Positions 63,343 through 64,000 of a stretch of DNA of 64,000 bases are shown here, one piece after another; position 1 is the first letter of the stretch; the number at the start of each line of letters is the position of its first letter. The notes beneath the pieces are model-generated. The model was not told the DNA's origin. It worked only from the letters and a program-made list of their open reading frames with translations, and made no database searches. The stretch comes from a virus (lineage: Duplodnaviria > Heunggongvirae > Uroviricota > Caudoviricetes), in the IMG/VR virus record IMGVR_UViG_2698536476_000008; one strand, written 5' to 3'. The position numbers and the translations under genes are program-made.

Positions 63343-63915
63343 TTACAGCTCAGATTGAGTTTGGCGCTTCTCTACAGGATGATAACGATAAATCGTCGAT
63401 ACACCGATATCGTAAATAATTGCCAACTGTTTCCTGCTGTAGCCATTTTCGATCAACCTCGCTATTTGCTCATGTTGTTCTTTTGTCAACTTCGGGCGAC
63501 GTCCGCCAATGCGTCCCTGTTCGCGTGCAGCTGCCAGTCCGGCCAGTGTTCTCTCAACAATTAATTCACGTTCCATTTCTGCTAAAGCACCCATGACATG
63601 AAAAAAGAAACGCCCCATGGGTGTTGATGTGTCAATACTGTCTGTCAGACTACGGAAATTAACACCTTTTTCCCGCAACTCCTCTATAAGCGTGATAAGG
63701 TGTTTCATACTTCTGCCAAGCCTATCCAGCTTCCAGACAACCAGCGTATCTCCTTCTGATAAGGTTCTGAGCAGCTTTTTCAAGCCTGGTCTGGCTGACT
63801 TTGTTCCGCTTATTTTATCTTCAAAAATCAGTTCACATCCTGCGCAGTTCAGTGCATTTCTTTGTAAATCTGTGTTTTGGTCATTTGTTGACACACGAAT
63901 GTAGCCAATTTGCAT
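63343..63915 (-). CDS. cin: Cin serine DNA invertase
   Basis: MQIGYIRVSTNDQNTDLQRNAL...VVWKLDRLGRSMKHL...GRIGGRRPKLT; start at internal ATG of track ORF 63343..63924. Confidence 0.85.
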   Translation of the reverse strand: MQIGYIRVSTNDQNTDLQRNALNCAGCELIFEDKISGTKSARPGLKKLLRTLSEGDTLVVWKLDRLGRSMKHLITLIEELREKGVNFRSLTDSIDTSTPMGRFFFHVMGALAEMERELIVERTLAGLAAAREQGRIGGRRPKLTKEQHEQIARLIENGYSRKQLAIIYDIGVSTIYRYHPVEKRQTQSEL

Positions 63916-63968
63916 GAAAAACAACCTCTTTGTTTAGTTAAAAATACATCGTTGGTATAGGTAGGGAT

Positions 63969-63994
63969 TAAGACTAAAACGTTGGTTTGGGGGA
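63969..63994. other. Candidate cix-like crossover site (imperfect inverted repeat around AAAACGTTGGTTT) upstream of cin at window edge
   Basis: Resembles Gin/Hin/Cin-type sites (AAAACC-NN-GGTTT core); truncated by window end. Confidence 0.3.
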
Positions 63995-64000
63995 AGGCTC

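Overview
This 64-kb window reads as a segment of a P1-like temperate phage or phage-plasmid, circularly permuted relative to the usual P1 map so that loxP-cre sits in the middle. All calls come from reading the sequence and the ORF translations; no database search or folding program was run. Recognisable backbone, in order: RdgC homolog (hrdC), fused Dcm/Dam methyltransferase (dmt), tRNA-Asn and tRNA-Thr, an SPFH lipoprotein, tRNA-Ile(CAU), DnaB-type helicase (ban), a minus-strand baseplate/tail block, a long plus-strand block of small genes including a Ser/Thr phosphatase (ppp) and a HAD phosphatase (pap), Ea22-like and DUF551-like genes, hot, humD with a LexA box, the phd-doc addiction module, lpa, pacA/pacB with the GATC-hexamer pac site, an immI-like c4/icd/ant module, c1 repressor and coi, loxP, cre, ref, a mat-like gene, then lxc/ulx/darB, portal, protease, SAR endolysin, ssb, the DdrB/DdrA/DarA/Hdf antirestriction block, holin/antiholin and cin invertase. 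At least 14 copies of the 17-bp C1 operator (ATTGCTCTAATAAATTT-like) mark operon starts. The strongest candidate for a new system is a low-GC, single-gene insertion at 40800-42104 encoding a SIR2-like (sirtuin-fold) protein, sitting where canonical P1 (as I recall it) carries the EcoP1I res-mod genes. Other leads: a tandem array of diverged long-stem hairpin / tRNA-like elements at 4259-5075 with compensatory stem substitutions; a DUF2829 (Tad2-like) domain protein near ssb; the immI-like module lying next to immC; and a decayed serine-invertase pseudogene convergent with cin.
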